A DNA stretch of 64,000 bases from assembly GCA_002816455.1 (NCBI GenBank), contig MUCR01000017.1, forward strand, positions 6,702-70,701, in the 5' to 3' direction. Below are positions 1 through 7,784 of this stretch, one piece after another; position 1 is the stretch's first letter; every line of letters begins with the position of its first letter. A program made the position numbers and the translations under genes. Source of the stretch: SAR202 cluster bacterium Io17-Chloro-G4 (GTDB lineage Bacteria; Chloroflexota; Dehalococcoidia; Lucifugimonadales; UBA3495). The notes below the pieces were generated by a model, which saw only the letters and a list, made by a program, of their open reading frames with translations, was not told the DNA's origin and ran no database searches.

Positions 1-1
1 C

Positions 2-406
2 ACGATATTCCCCAATCTCTCCTTCTTAAGAGCGGCCGCTCGCACATTCCGCGTTTGGCACCCGAAAGGGCCGGACGCCGTCGAAATTTGGTCCTGGACT
101 TTTGTGGACAAAGCTGCGCCGCCTCATGTTAAAGACGCATTCAGGTTATCGGCCGTCAGGGGTTTCAGCCCGTCGGGTACCTTCGAGCAAGATGATATGG
201 ACAACTGGGAAAATTGCACCCAAGCTGGTAGAGGGACGGTGTCCCGCCGCCACTCACTGAACATCCAAATGGGCATTGGGCACGAAGGCTTCGACGAAAA
301 TCTCAACGCTTGGGCCAGCCAGGCCAGACTTAGCGAGAGCAACCACCGGGAGTATTATCGTCACTGGGCTAGTCTAATGGCCGGGGGTCCCGTGGGGTCT
401 AATTAA
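2..406 (+). CDS. Rieske-type aromatic ring-hydroxylating dioxygenase, alpha (large) subunit, C-terminal part (5' end outside window)
   Basis: The frame is open from the window edge to TAA 404-406. The translation (...NLSFLRAAARTFRVWHPKGPDAVEIWSWTFVDKAAPPHVKDAF...FEQDDMDNWENCTQ...) looks like the catalytic-domain C-terminus of RHO alpha subunits. A beta-subunit gene follows. Confidence 0.7.
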   Translation, partial: TIFPNLSFLRAAARTFRVWHPKGPDAVEIWSWTFVDKAAPPHVKDAFRLSAVRGFSPSGTFEQDDMDNWENCTQAGRGTVSRRHSLNIQMGIGHEGFDENLNAWASQARLSESNHREYYRHWASLMAGGPVGSN

Positions 407-629
407 TCTCGATGTGCATATTCTTGGTAGTCGCACATGGAATTTTTTTACGGCGGCGATTGGACTCCGCTCGTGCCCGTCTTTGACGGGCGAAATTGAA
501 GTGTAGATTGTTCTGGCCCGCTGGAAGCGGGCCAGAACAATCTACACTTTTTCATGGGGGGGTGGGGGTAACTTTCTTGGCACGTCTAGGCGGGATCAAG
601 GGAAAACTTGCGCAGGGGTCTAATTAATC
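394..629. repeat. Insertion-like intergenic segment bounded by a 15-bp direct repeat GGGGTCTAATTAATC (394-408 and 615-629)
   Basis: The two 15-mers are exact and lie 221 bp apart. The first copy contains the alpha-subunit stop codon. The segment carries three hairpins. Confidence 0.6.
499..549. repeat. Perfect 24-bp inverted repeat (hairpin, 3-nt loop) followed by a T-run
   Basis: AAGTGTAGATTGTTCTGGCCCGCT-gga-AGCGGGCCAGAACAATCTACACTT, then TTTTC. It could act as a terminator or RNA-stability element between the dioxygenase subunit genes. Confidence 0.8.
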
Positions 630-676
630 CTTGCCCGGTTTACCCAAAGACAATTAAGTTATAGGAGCCGAGTAGC

Positions 677-1219
677 ATGCGAGACGAGACCATCAGAGAA
701 ATCGAGCAGTTCCTCTACCGCGAAGCTAGGTTGCTGGATGACCGGAAGTTCCACGAGTGGCTGGAGCTTCTGACCGACGATATACGCTACTGGATGCCGG
801 TTAGATCCAACCGCTACCCGGTAATCAGCAAGGCCATTTCCATCCTAGACGGTTCTCGTTACGAAGAAGATGAGCTCTCTAAAGAGGGTGAGTTGGCCAT
901 CATGGATGAGGACAAGGACTCTCTGACCAGGCGTGTGCAGCGCTTGGACACGGGCATGGCCTGGGCTGAAGACCCTCCGTCCCGCACCCGCCACTTCGTG
1001 TCCAACGTGCAACTGGAGCCGGGGGCCAACGATTCTGAACTAAATGTCTACTCAAACTTCATCATGTACCGCACCAGGGCAGAAACGGAAGTGGACTTTT
1101 ACGTGGGCTGCCGGGAGGACGTCCTTCGGAAAGTAGGCGGCCAATGGAAAGTGGCCTACCGAAAAATCGTCCTAGACCAAACCGTGCTCTTGGCCAAAAA
1201 CGTCTCCAACTTCTTCTAA
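677..1219 (+). CDS. Aromatic ring-hydroxylating dioxygenase, beta (small) subunit (NTF2-like fold)
   Basis: The N-terminus (IREIEQFLYREARLLDDRKFHEWLELLTDDIRYWMP) is typical of RHO beta subunits. A GGAG Shine-Dalgarno lies upstream, and the gene follows the alpha subunit. Confidence 0.8.
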   Translation: MRDETIREIEQFLYREARLLDDRKFHEWLELLTDDIRYWMPVRSNRYPVISKAISILDGSRYEEDELSKEGELAIMDEDKDSLTRRVQRLDTGMAWAEDPPSRTRHFVSNVQLEPGANDSELNVYSNFIMYRTRAETEVDFYVGCREDVLRKVGGQWKVAYRKIVLDQTVLLAKNVSNFF

Positions 1220-1350
1220 CTAACTGCGTTAGGGCTTGGTTAGGATCTGTTTTGCACAGAATGTAGACGGGCGTCGGTAACTAGGGATGCTTGGTGTCAG
1301 GCTACTGGCGGGCGGTCTACCTCACTTTGCTCGTGGTGAGCCCTCCCTAC

Positions 1351-1378
1351 CCGCTCGTGGTGAGCCTGTCGAACCATC
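1351..1378. repeat. REP-like repeat family 1 (core CCGCTCGTGGTGAGCYTGTCGAACCATC)
   Basis: The same roughly 28-mer recurs at 2565, 4845, 52493 and 56441-56848, some in reverse orientation. A partial copy lies at 1329-1342. Confidence 0.8.
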
Positions 1379-1491
1379 CCTTGTTTCTCCACTAATTAGG
1401 TTCGTTTCGAGGACAGCGACTAGATGGAAGGCACGTCGGAGGTGGAGACGGTAGTGGCTTGCCCAGCCTAAGCGCCCTTGATGATGGACGT

Positions 1492-1518
1492 CCTTCGACA
1501 GGCTCAGGATGAACGGGG
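1492..1518. repeat. REP-like repeat family 1, variant (CCTTCGACAGGCTCAGGATGAACGGGG)
   Basis: This is the reverse-orientation variant of the family ('FDRLRMNG' when translated). A further fragment, ATTGTCGAACCATC, lies at 1607-1620. Confidence 0.6.
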
Positions 1519-1681
1519 AAGGGGAGCGCCCACCCTTCGTGGTGTGAGCCCTTCGGACCCACTCAGGACAGGTCCGACATTGTCCAGACTCTAGATGGAT
1601 TCGGAGATTGTCGAACCATCATAGGAAGCTCTTGGGTTTGACTCTCCGAGATTTGTGTGGACCACCCAGTGTATTTATGTC

Positions 1682-2464
1682 TTAAACGTCCTCGGCGAAG
1701 TCTCGCAGGGCGCTGAAATCCGTCTTAAAGCCCTCGGTCATGGCGCGCCGGTCTGTTCCGTGAAGGATGAACCTGGCGCCTTGGCTGATCCAATACTTGG
1801 ATAGCTCAGGCGTTTGATGGTGCACCAGCACCGGTAATCCCCGGTTGGCGGCGGTGTCGATTATGTGCTTGACCGTACTTTTATATTCGGGCCGGTCGTA
1901 TTGGTCCGGGAAGCCCAAGGATATGCTCATATCGTTGGGGCCGACGAAAATCCCGTCTATGCCCGACACCTCAAGCATCTTATCCAAGGCGTTAACAGCG
2001 GCCACGCTCTCGATACCGATAATGGCGATGCTGTTGCGGTTCCGTTCTTCCAAGTAAGCGCGGGTTGCGTCGCTCACATGCTCCCCGGTGTCTATAATTT
2101 TCCGCACGGCTTCCCCTTTTAAGGGACGCCATTTGGCCGCCGCAACCACTTCCTTTACTTCCTCCACGGTCTCGCAGTAGGGCGCCAAAACGCCTTGAGC
2201 GCCAGCGTCCATGGCCATGGTCACGTAGTGGGAGTCGGGGATGGGGATGCGCACTATGGGCACGACTCCGGTCGTATTGCACATGGTCAAGTAGTCGCCC
2301 AACTCGCCCCGGCTGCGGGGGTTGTGCTCCGTGTCGATGATGATGTAGTCCAAACCCACTCCCGTGAGAATTGGTATCCACCTGGGATTACGCCCAATGG
2401 ATATCATGGTGCCGAAGACCCGGCCCCCGGCCTGCAATGTGGATTTTAATTCTGCTCCGTTCAT
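1682..2464 (-). CDS. HpcH/HpaI family aldolase (2-keto-3-deoxy-acid aldolase-like)
   Basis: 260 aa. The segments GLDYIIIDTEHNP, VRIP and IAIIGIESVAAVNALDKML...IDGIFVGPNDMS fit the HpcH/HpaI TIM-barrel aldolase pattern. Confidence 0.8.
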   Translation of the reverse strand: MNGAELKSTLQAGGRVFGTMISIGRNPRWIPILTGVGLDYIIIDTEHNPRSRGELGDYLTMCNTTGVVPIVRIPIPDSHYVTMAMDAGAQGVLAPYCETVEEVKEVVAAAKWRPLKGEAVRKIIDTGEHVSDATRAYLEERNRNSIAIIGIESVAAVNALDKMLEVSGIDGIFVGPNDMSISLGFPDQYDRPEYKSTVKHIIDTAANRGLPVLVHHQTPELSKYWISQGARFILHGTDRRAMTEGFKTDFSALRDFAEDV

Positions 2465-2564
2465 ACCTACGCCTTATTTCTAATTTAATGATGTTTGTAC
2501 AGGTGGTTCAACAAGCTTGTGCTGAGCCGAGTCGGAGGGCTAAACACAAACGGTTCGGCTTCCT

Positions 2565-2592
2565 CCGCTCGTGGTGAGCTTGTCGAACCATC
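2565..2592. repeat. REP-like repeat family 1
   Basis: CCGCTCGTGGTGAGCTTGTCGAACCATC, located in the 3' intergenic region. Confidence 0.8.
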
Positions 2593-2659
2593 GCCTTCAG
2601 TTTATCCAAGGACTCAGCTTTATGTCCTGCGTGATTAAGAAATTGCTTGTAGCGGATCC

Positions 2660-3739
2660 CTAATGAGTCTCCAACAACCTCTCGCAGAAGCGGGCGGTGT
2701 TCATCAAATCGGGTACCACTACATACTCGTTCACCGTGTGCATGCCATTGGTGGCCATGCCTACCACCACACAGTCAATGCCGTTGAGCCTCATGGCATT
2801 TGCGTCGGTGCCTCCCCCCGAGGCCTCAATGTTGGGGACTAGTTTCATCTCGCCCATGACCCGGGTTACCAGCTGAACTATGGGGTCGTTGGGGTCCAAG
2901 TTGTACATGGTGAACATCACGTTCAGTTCTTCCTGGATGGTCGCCTCCCGGTACTTCTCGCGAGCTTCTTCCAAAGTGCTGATTAATTGCATGCGCAGCG
3001 AGTCCACCATCTCGGTATTGCGGCTGCGGAACTCACCGCTGAAAGTAACATCGGAGGGCACGGCATTACGCACCGAGCCGCCGGAAATCGTGCCAACGTT
3101 GAAGGTGGACTCCTCGTCCAGACGCCCTTGAGGAAGGGCGCCGATGATGTCGGAAGCGATGCGGATGGCCGAAAGTCCTTTTTCCGGCTCAACTCCGGCG
3201 TGGGCGGCCCGTCCGGTTACAGTGATGTCAAAACCCACGTAAGTAGGGCTGGAACCGGTGATCTGGTTCACCGGGCCGTTGCCGTCGAATACCACCGATT
3301 CCTTGCACCGAATCATGGAGTAATCAAGATTACTGGCGCCCACCAGGCCGATTTCCTCGCCGCGGGTAAAGACTACCTGCACCGGTCGCCTGTGCCGGCC
3401 TTCCTGTTTCGCCGACTCCAAGGCCTCCATTATGGCAGCCACACCTGCTTTGCAGTCGCCGCCTAAGATTGTCGTGCCGTCGGACTCGATGCGGTCTCCC
3501 ACAACCTGGGGCTTGATGCCCCGCCCTGGGTTCACCGTATCCATGTGGGCGGATAGGAGCAGCGGGTCGTCGCCTTCCTCGGAAGCGATAACGTTCCCGT
3601 GGGCGTCTCGCTCGACTAGAAACCCCAGATTTCCCAACCGTTCTTCCAGGTGTTTGGAAATGTCCTCTTCGAAGTCGGAAGGACTATCGATGCGGACCAT
3701 TTCACAAAATGAGTTAACCAGTCTTTCCTGATCAGGCAT
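2660..3739 (-). CDS. M20-family metallopeptidase (peptidase T-like tripeptidase)
   Basis: Contains SAHMDTV, GGDCKAGVAAIMEAL, TRGEEIGLVGA and HTVNEYV. The start was chosen at ATG 3739, 5 nt after a GGGAG SD; the ORF track begins at GTG 3745. Confidence 0.75.
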   Translation of the reverse strand: MPDQERLVNSFCEMVRIDSPSDFEEDISKHLEERLGNLGFLVERDAHGNVIASEEGDDPLLLSAHMDTVNPGRGIKPQVVGDRIESDGTTILGGDCKAGVAAIMEALESAKQEGRHRRPVQVVFTRGEEIGLVGASNLDYSMIRCKESVVFDGNGPVNQITGSSPTYVGFDITVTGRAAHAGVEPEKGLSAIRIASDIIGALPQGRLDEESTFNVGTISGGSVRNAVPSDVTFSGEFRSRNTEMVDSLRMQLISTLEEAREKYREATIQEELNVMFTMYNLDPNDPIVQLVTRVMGEMKLVPNIEASGGGTDANAMRLNGIDCVVVGMATNGMHTVNEYVVVPDLMNTARFCERLLETH

Positions 3740-3892
3740 ATACACTCCCGGCGACGGTCATCGCCCCAAAATAATTTTCTATAGGAACCCGCCAATTGGG
3801 CAGGGCTGGAATGATTTGGCAACATTATACATTAGACATAACCTGCTCTGAGGCCGGGAACTAAAATAAAGCACAGGCGCTCCCGACACGAT

Positions 3893-4768
3893 CTAGGGAG
3901 AAACAGCAATGAGGGCGAGGCCCGCCACTATGAATCCGGAGCCCAAAATACGGCCCCGGCCGAAAGGTTCTTTCAGAAGCACTACGCCGAAGAGAACTCC
4001 CATGGCAATGCCCACTTCCCTGGCCGGCGCCACGTAACTGACCCTGGAGAGGGAAAAAGCAGTCAAAACCAGTCCGTAAGCCAGGAAAAGGAGCAATCCT
4101 GAAACTAGGATTGGAACGGTATTGGCCCGAAACTCCGTCCCGATTTGTGCCAAGCCCGACCTTCCCAAGATGTAAGGAGCGAGGCCAAGGGCAGAACCTA
4201 AGGTCATGAAGTACATGTATAGAAAGGGCTCAACATGGTCGACGCCTCGCTTGTCTACGATGGCGTAAATGGCGATGGTAATCCCGGTTAGGATGGCATA
4301 CCTGGTGCCGCTATCCTTGATAATGGACAATGGGTCTCGCAGCAAAGCCGCAAAATTGCCCCACCAGGAAATGGTGTAAATGCCCACTATGATGGCGATG
4401 ATGCCGATTATGGCCAGAGACCCTATGCTTTCGCTGAGAATTACCACCGCCAGAATGGGTACCAGCATTGGGCCCATCCCCCTGGCGATGGGATAGACCA
4501 AGGACAAGTCGCCATGGGTGTAGCCCTTTCCCAGCAGGACAAAATAAATCATGTGCAAGACGATGGTGGCGAAGACGAAAACCCAGCCGGGATACCCGAT
4601 TGGATGGAGGATGAATAATACGACACCGACGGGGACAAACATGATGCTGGCGATGACCAGAAGCCACCATAAAAAAACTTGCTTGTCGCCGGAGCGTTTT
4701 AGCAGAAGGTTCCAGGTCGAGTGAGCCAGAGCGGAGGCCAGTACTAAGCCAAGGGCGAGCGCCGTCAT
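3893..4768 (-). CDS. EamA/DMT-superfamily transporter
   Basis: 291 aa, about 10 hydrophobic helices arranged as two EamA-like halves. Confidence 0.8.
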   Translation of the reverse strand: MTALALGLVLASALAHSTWNLLLKRSGDKQVFLWWLLVIASIMFVPVGVVLFILHPIGYPGWVFVFATIVLHMIYFVLLGKGYTHGDLSLVYPIARGMGPMLVPILAVVILSESIGSLAIIGIIAIIVGIYTISWWGNFAALLRDPLSIIKDSGTRYAILTGITIAIYAIVDKRGVDHVEPFLYMYFMTLGSALGLAPYILGRSGLAQIGTEFRANTVPILVSGLLLFLAYGLVLTAFSLSRVSYVAPAREVGIAMGVLFGVVLLKEPFGRGRILGSGFIVAGLALIAVSP

Positions 4769-4844
4769 TGGGAGAGTATATCACCGGGGTTGGAGGGCCA
4801 GATTCGGTTCACTCGTGGATATGAAACTGTAGACGGTTCTCATG

Positions 4845-4873
4845 CCCGTTCGTGGTGAGCTTGTCGAACCATC
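4845..4873. repeat. REP-like repeat family 1
   Basis: CCCGTTCGTGGTGAGCTTGTCGAACCATC. A reverse-orientation variant, CCTTCGAAAAGCTCAGGACGAGTGG, lies at about 4926-4950. Confidence 0.8.
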
Positions 4874-4990
4874 TAATCTTGAGAGTTCATTTAGGTGATT
4901 CTGCCTAACAGTTATTGATGATGGTTGCCCTTCGAAAAGCTCAGGACGAGTGGAACAAACTCCTGTGCGGCCGCAGTCCGATTGCTGCCG

Positions 4991-5278
4991 CTATGCGCCC
5001 TCGTCCCGCTCGTAGCGGCGACGTAGCGATTCGACGTAGACCTTGTCGTAGTCGCCGTAGTGGGCTCCTTCACTACCTAGCTCGCCCAAGCGCTCGGCCC
5101 ACATGTACTCCACGTCTTCCCAGCGGATGGGATAGGGGGCTTGGTCGAAGAAGGCGGTGACGGCGCCATTAGCATCGGCGGCTTCCATATACCCCAGCAT
5201 CTGGAAATTGTCGTAGGTGTTGCCGTGGTCAGACACGAATCTGCCCTTCATGGCGGCCAACACGATAAAAGTTGCCAT
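4991..5278 (-). CDS. Hypothetical protein (95 aa), co-directional with and downstream of the thiolase
   Basis: The ORF has protein-like composition and I recognised no family. An antisense ORF (4915-5160) was rejected. Confidence 0.4.
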   Translation of the reverse strand: MATFIVLAAMKGRFVSDHGNTYDNFQMLGYMEAADANGAVTAFFDQAPYPIRWEDVEYMWAERLGELGSEGAHYGDYDKVYVESLRRRYERDEGA

Positions 5279-5335
5279 GAGTGAACCTTAGAGCAATAAG
5301 CTATTGGGTGCCCTTGTGAGGCTGAAAGCTAGCCC

Positions 5336-6571
5336 CTATTTCGTCAGAATGTGGACCGTGGTCACGTCCCCTGCGCCAGAGCATTGGGCCAGTCCCACCC
5401 GGGCATTGCTAACTTGACGGGGCCCGGCCTCCTGGCGCAATTGGGTAACAGTTTCGTGAATCATCCGAATTCCGGTGGCGCCGAAGGGGTGACCCATGGC
5501 CAGCAGTCCACCGTCAGTATTGCAAGGAATGTCGCCTGTAAGGGCGGTGCGCCCTTCAGCCGTGGCCTGCCAAGCCTCACCCGGCGGCACCAGACCCAAT
5601 GCCTCCAGTTGCTGCAGCTCGCCGATAGTGGCGGCGTCGTGGACTTGGACCAAGTCCACGTCTTCCGGTCCCAAACCGCTGATCTCATAGGCTTTCACTG
5701 CGCCGGGTTCGGTCCGGTACGGACTGAAAGCTGAATGGTCGCTGCCCCTGCCGTTGTAGCTGCCGGAAGTGAGCACGGCGGCGGCGATGCGAACGGTCCG
5801 GTCTTTGTTTATGCCGTAGCGATCTGTGGCATCGGCGGCGCACAACACAGCGGCGGCGGCGCCTTCACTGGTGGGGCAACATTGGTAAAGAGTCAACGGG
5901 TCGGCGATGAGGCGGGAGTCTAGCACCTCTTCCAGGCTGTACTCTTGTTTCCGATGGGCGAATGGGTTTAGGGAAGCGTTCTGCCTGGCTTTCACTGCTG
6001 CTTGAGCAAATGCGGTGGCTGGGGCACCGGTTTCTTCCATGTACCTTCGCATGCGCAGGGCATATCCGGCCATCATGTGGTCGCCGCCGATGTAGCGCTC
6101 CGGGCTTTCCTCAGGGGTAACCGTGACTGGTCCCCGAGGAACCTTCTCCGCGCCGAAGGCGAGGGCCATGTCATAAATCCCGGTGGTGATACCCCAATAA
6201 GCCTGCCAAAAGGCAGTGGAGCCGCTGGAGCAAGCGTTTTCAACGTTGATGATGGGTATCCCGGTAAGTCCCAAGTTGGCCAAGGCCGTCTCTCCCACGG
6301 ACATGCCGTGATAATACACGTGGCCGAAATAGGCGACTTGTATGTCCTTCCAACCGACACCGGCATCTTGCAACGCCGGGAGCACCGCCTCCATCGCCAG
6401 CGTAGCCAGGTCCTTTTCCGGAAACCTGCCGAAGGGATGCAAGCCTACGCCTGCTACAACTACTTCGCGGACGGAATTAATTTGGTTCAAAGAAATACCT
6501 CCATCGATGGTTGAGATCTGCGGCTCCCGGGAAGATACTTTGGGTACCTTGACCATGGTTGTCTGCTCCAA
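5336..6571 (-). CDS. Thiolase-fold protein, SCP-x/nonspecific lipid-transfer-type (acetyl-CoA acetyltransferase-like)
   Basis: Contains NVENACSSGSTAF (nucleophile Cys) and C-terminal NTDGGLLAMGHPFGATG ... GLAQCSGAGD. A DUF35 partner lies upstream. Confidence 0.85.
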   Translation of the reverse strand: MEQTTMVKVPKVSSREPQISTIDGGISLNQINSVREVVVAGVGLHPFGRFPEKDLATLAMEAVLPALQDAGVGWKDIQVAYFGHVYYHGMSVGETALANLGLTGIPIINVENACSSGSTAFWQAYWGITTGIYDMALAFGAEKVPRGPVTVTPEESPERYIGGDHMMAGYALRMRRYMEETGAPATAFAQAAVKARQNASLNPFAHRKQEYSLEEVLDSRLIADPLTLYQCCPTSEGAAAAVLCAADATDRYGINKDRTVRIAAAVLTSGSYNGRGSDHSAFSPYRTEPGAVKAYEISGLGPEDVDLVQVHDAATIGELQQLEALGLVPPGEAWQATAEGRTALTGDIPCNTDGGLLAMGHPFGATGIRMIHETVTQLRQEAGPRQVSNARVGLAQCSGAGDVTTVHILTK

Positions 6572-6578
6572 GCCGTTG

Positions 6579-6872
6579 CTACAGCCGGGTGATCCAATAC
6601 GATGGCCGACGTTGGTGGTGACTAACGGCTAGGACCTGAACCGTTTCTTCCGACTCACGGAATAGAATCGTAAATGGAAACCGCCTCATTCTAGCGCGAC
6701 GAATGTCCGGTTCTCGCTCAATTGGGTAGCGGTTTGGGGTCTCGCAAATCACCTCCAAAACTGATTCGAACTCGGCCAGGTAGGAGGCTCCAAGCCCTGC
6801 TCGCCGGGTTTCGTAGTAGGCGACTGTTTCGAGATGCTCGGCTTCCGCGACTGGGTGAAACTCGTAGGTCAC
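6579..6872 (-). CDS. parE: ParE/RelE-superfamily toxin (type II TA)
   Basis: 97 aa. It ends ...FPFTILFRESEETVQVLAVSHHQRRPSYW, typical of ParE-like toxins. The GTG start overlaps the antitoxin stop (GTGA). Confidence 0.75.
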   Translation of the reverse strand: MTYEFHPVAEAEHLETVAYYETRRAGLGASYLAEFESVLEVICETPNRYPIEREPDIRRARMRRFPFTILFRESEETVQVLAVSHHQRRPSYWITRL

Positions 6873-7093
6873 CTTAGCAAGGCCCTTGCTCTTCGCCGCA
6901 CCTCCTCCGCTGGGACAGGCTGAACATCCCCACGGTCAAGTTCCCGCGCTCGACGGTCGGCCTCGATAAGCCACTCTTGGCCTAATTCCTCTTCAGAAAG
7001 CGAGTCGAGGCTTAGAAGCAGCTTTTGTGCAAGATTGGCACGGTCTTCCGGAGGCAAACTAAGCGCCTCAAATTCAACGGTCTCAAGATCCAT
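6869..7093 (-). CDS. Addiction-module antitoxin (TIGR02574-like 'putative addiction module component')
   Basis: 74 aa, with ALSLPPEDRANLAQKLLLSLD ... EWLIEADRRARELDRGDV. It is translationally coupled to the ParE-like gene. Confidence 0.7.
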   Translation of the reverse strand: MDLETVEFEALSLPPEDRANLAQKLLLSLDSLSEEELGQEWLIEADRRARELDRGDVQPVPAEEVRRRARALLR

Positions 7094-7164
7094 GTCATCA
7101 CCTCATCGCTTCCCGCGTCCGTAACCAACAAGTTCTGCTCCCACCATTAGTCCTGTGATTTATC

Positions 7165-7629
7165 TTAAACCGGTTGCCACTTATAGACGACTCGCTCGGC
7201 ACCGCCTTCAGCGGCTTCCACCAAGCGAAGGGCAAGCTCCACATTCATTCCGATTTTCAGGTCATCATGACGGCAGTCGATGACCTCAGCCAACACCTGC
7301 GGTCCTTCGGCTAACTCTATCTGCCCCAAAACGTAGGGCACATCGCCCGGCCAGCCTTGGGGTGGTATCCGGACAATGGTGAATGAGTACAAGATCCCCT
7401 GCTTGCCCAACTCCACCGGCGATAGATTACTTGAGGAGCATCCTTGGCAAAAAGTGGCCGGGCCGAATACATGTATCCCGCACTCTTGGCAGCGAAAACC
7501 GAGAAGAACGCCTTCAGTGCCCTCGTCGTTGGTCAGCTTTAATCGCCTGGAATCTACAGAGACAGCCAAAGTTGAGTTGGCCTCCTGATGGTCAAAAATT
7601 AGCTTAAACCGGCCATCTGGAGGTGTCAA
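7165..7629 (-). CDS. DUF35 Zn-ribbon/OB-fold protein (thiolase partner)
   Basis: A CQECG...CQGC zinc ribbon is followed by an OB-fold segment (YSFTIV...). This family is usually encoded next to SCP-x thiolases. Confidence 0.85.
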   Translation of the reverse strand: MTPPDGRFKLIFDHQEANSTLAVSVDSRRLKLTNDEGTEGVLLGFRCQECGIHVFGPATFCQGCSSSNLSPVELGKQGILYSFTIVRIPPQGWPGDVPYVLGQIELAEGPQVLAEVIDCRHDDLKIGMNVELALRLVEAAEGGAERVVYKWQPV

Positions 7630-7784
7630 CTTGATTGGCTCGCTAACAGGCGCAAATCTCCCCCATTGACCCTATTACGGCTACATGTTAGGTTTTGGGG
7701 TGCTGGAAGCGGGTCAATTTATCCATCCAAAACCAGGTTTTCCTATTTCGGTGGCGGTGCAGAGGCCGTTGCCCAGGGGTGGAC

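Noticed and set aside
1992-2381. Many long ORFs in the track lie antisense to or out of frame with recognisable genes. Examples are 1992-2381, 4311-4784, 8049-8579, 11475-11972, 25255-25686, 26475-26939, 36542-37027, 37166-37666, 44022-44444, 57475-58170, 58591-59091 and 61999-62490.
   Set aside because: They lie entirely within or opposite strongly supported CDSs. Their composition is Arg/Pro/Gly/Ser-rich, which is typical of shadow frames in GC-rich DNA. They have no SD sequences and no recognisable motifs.
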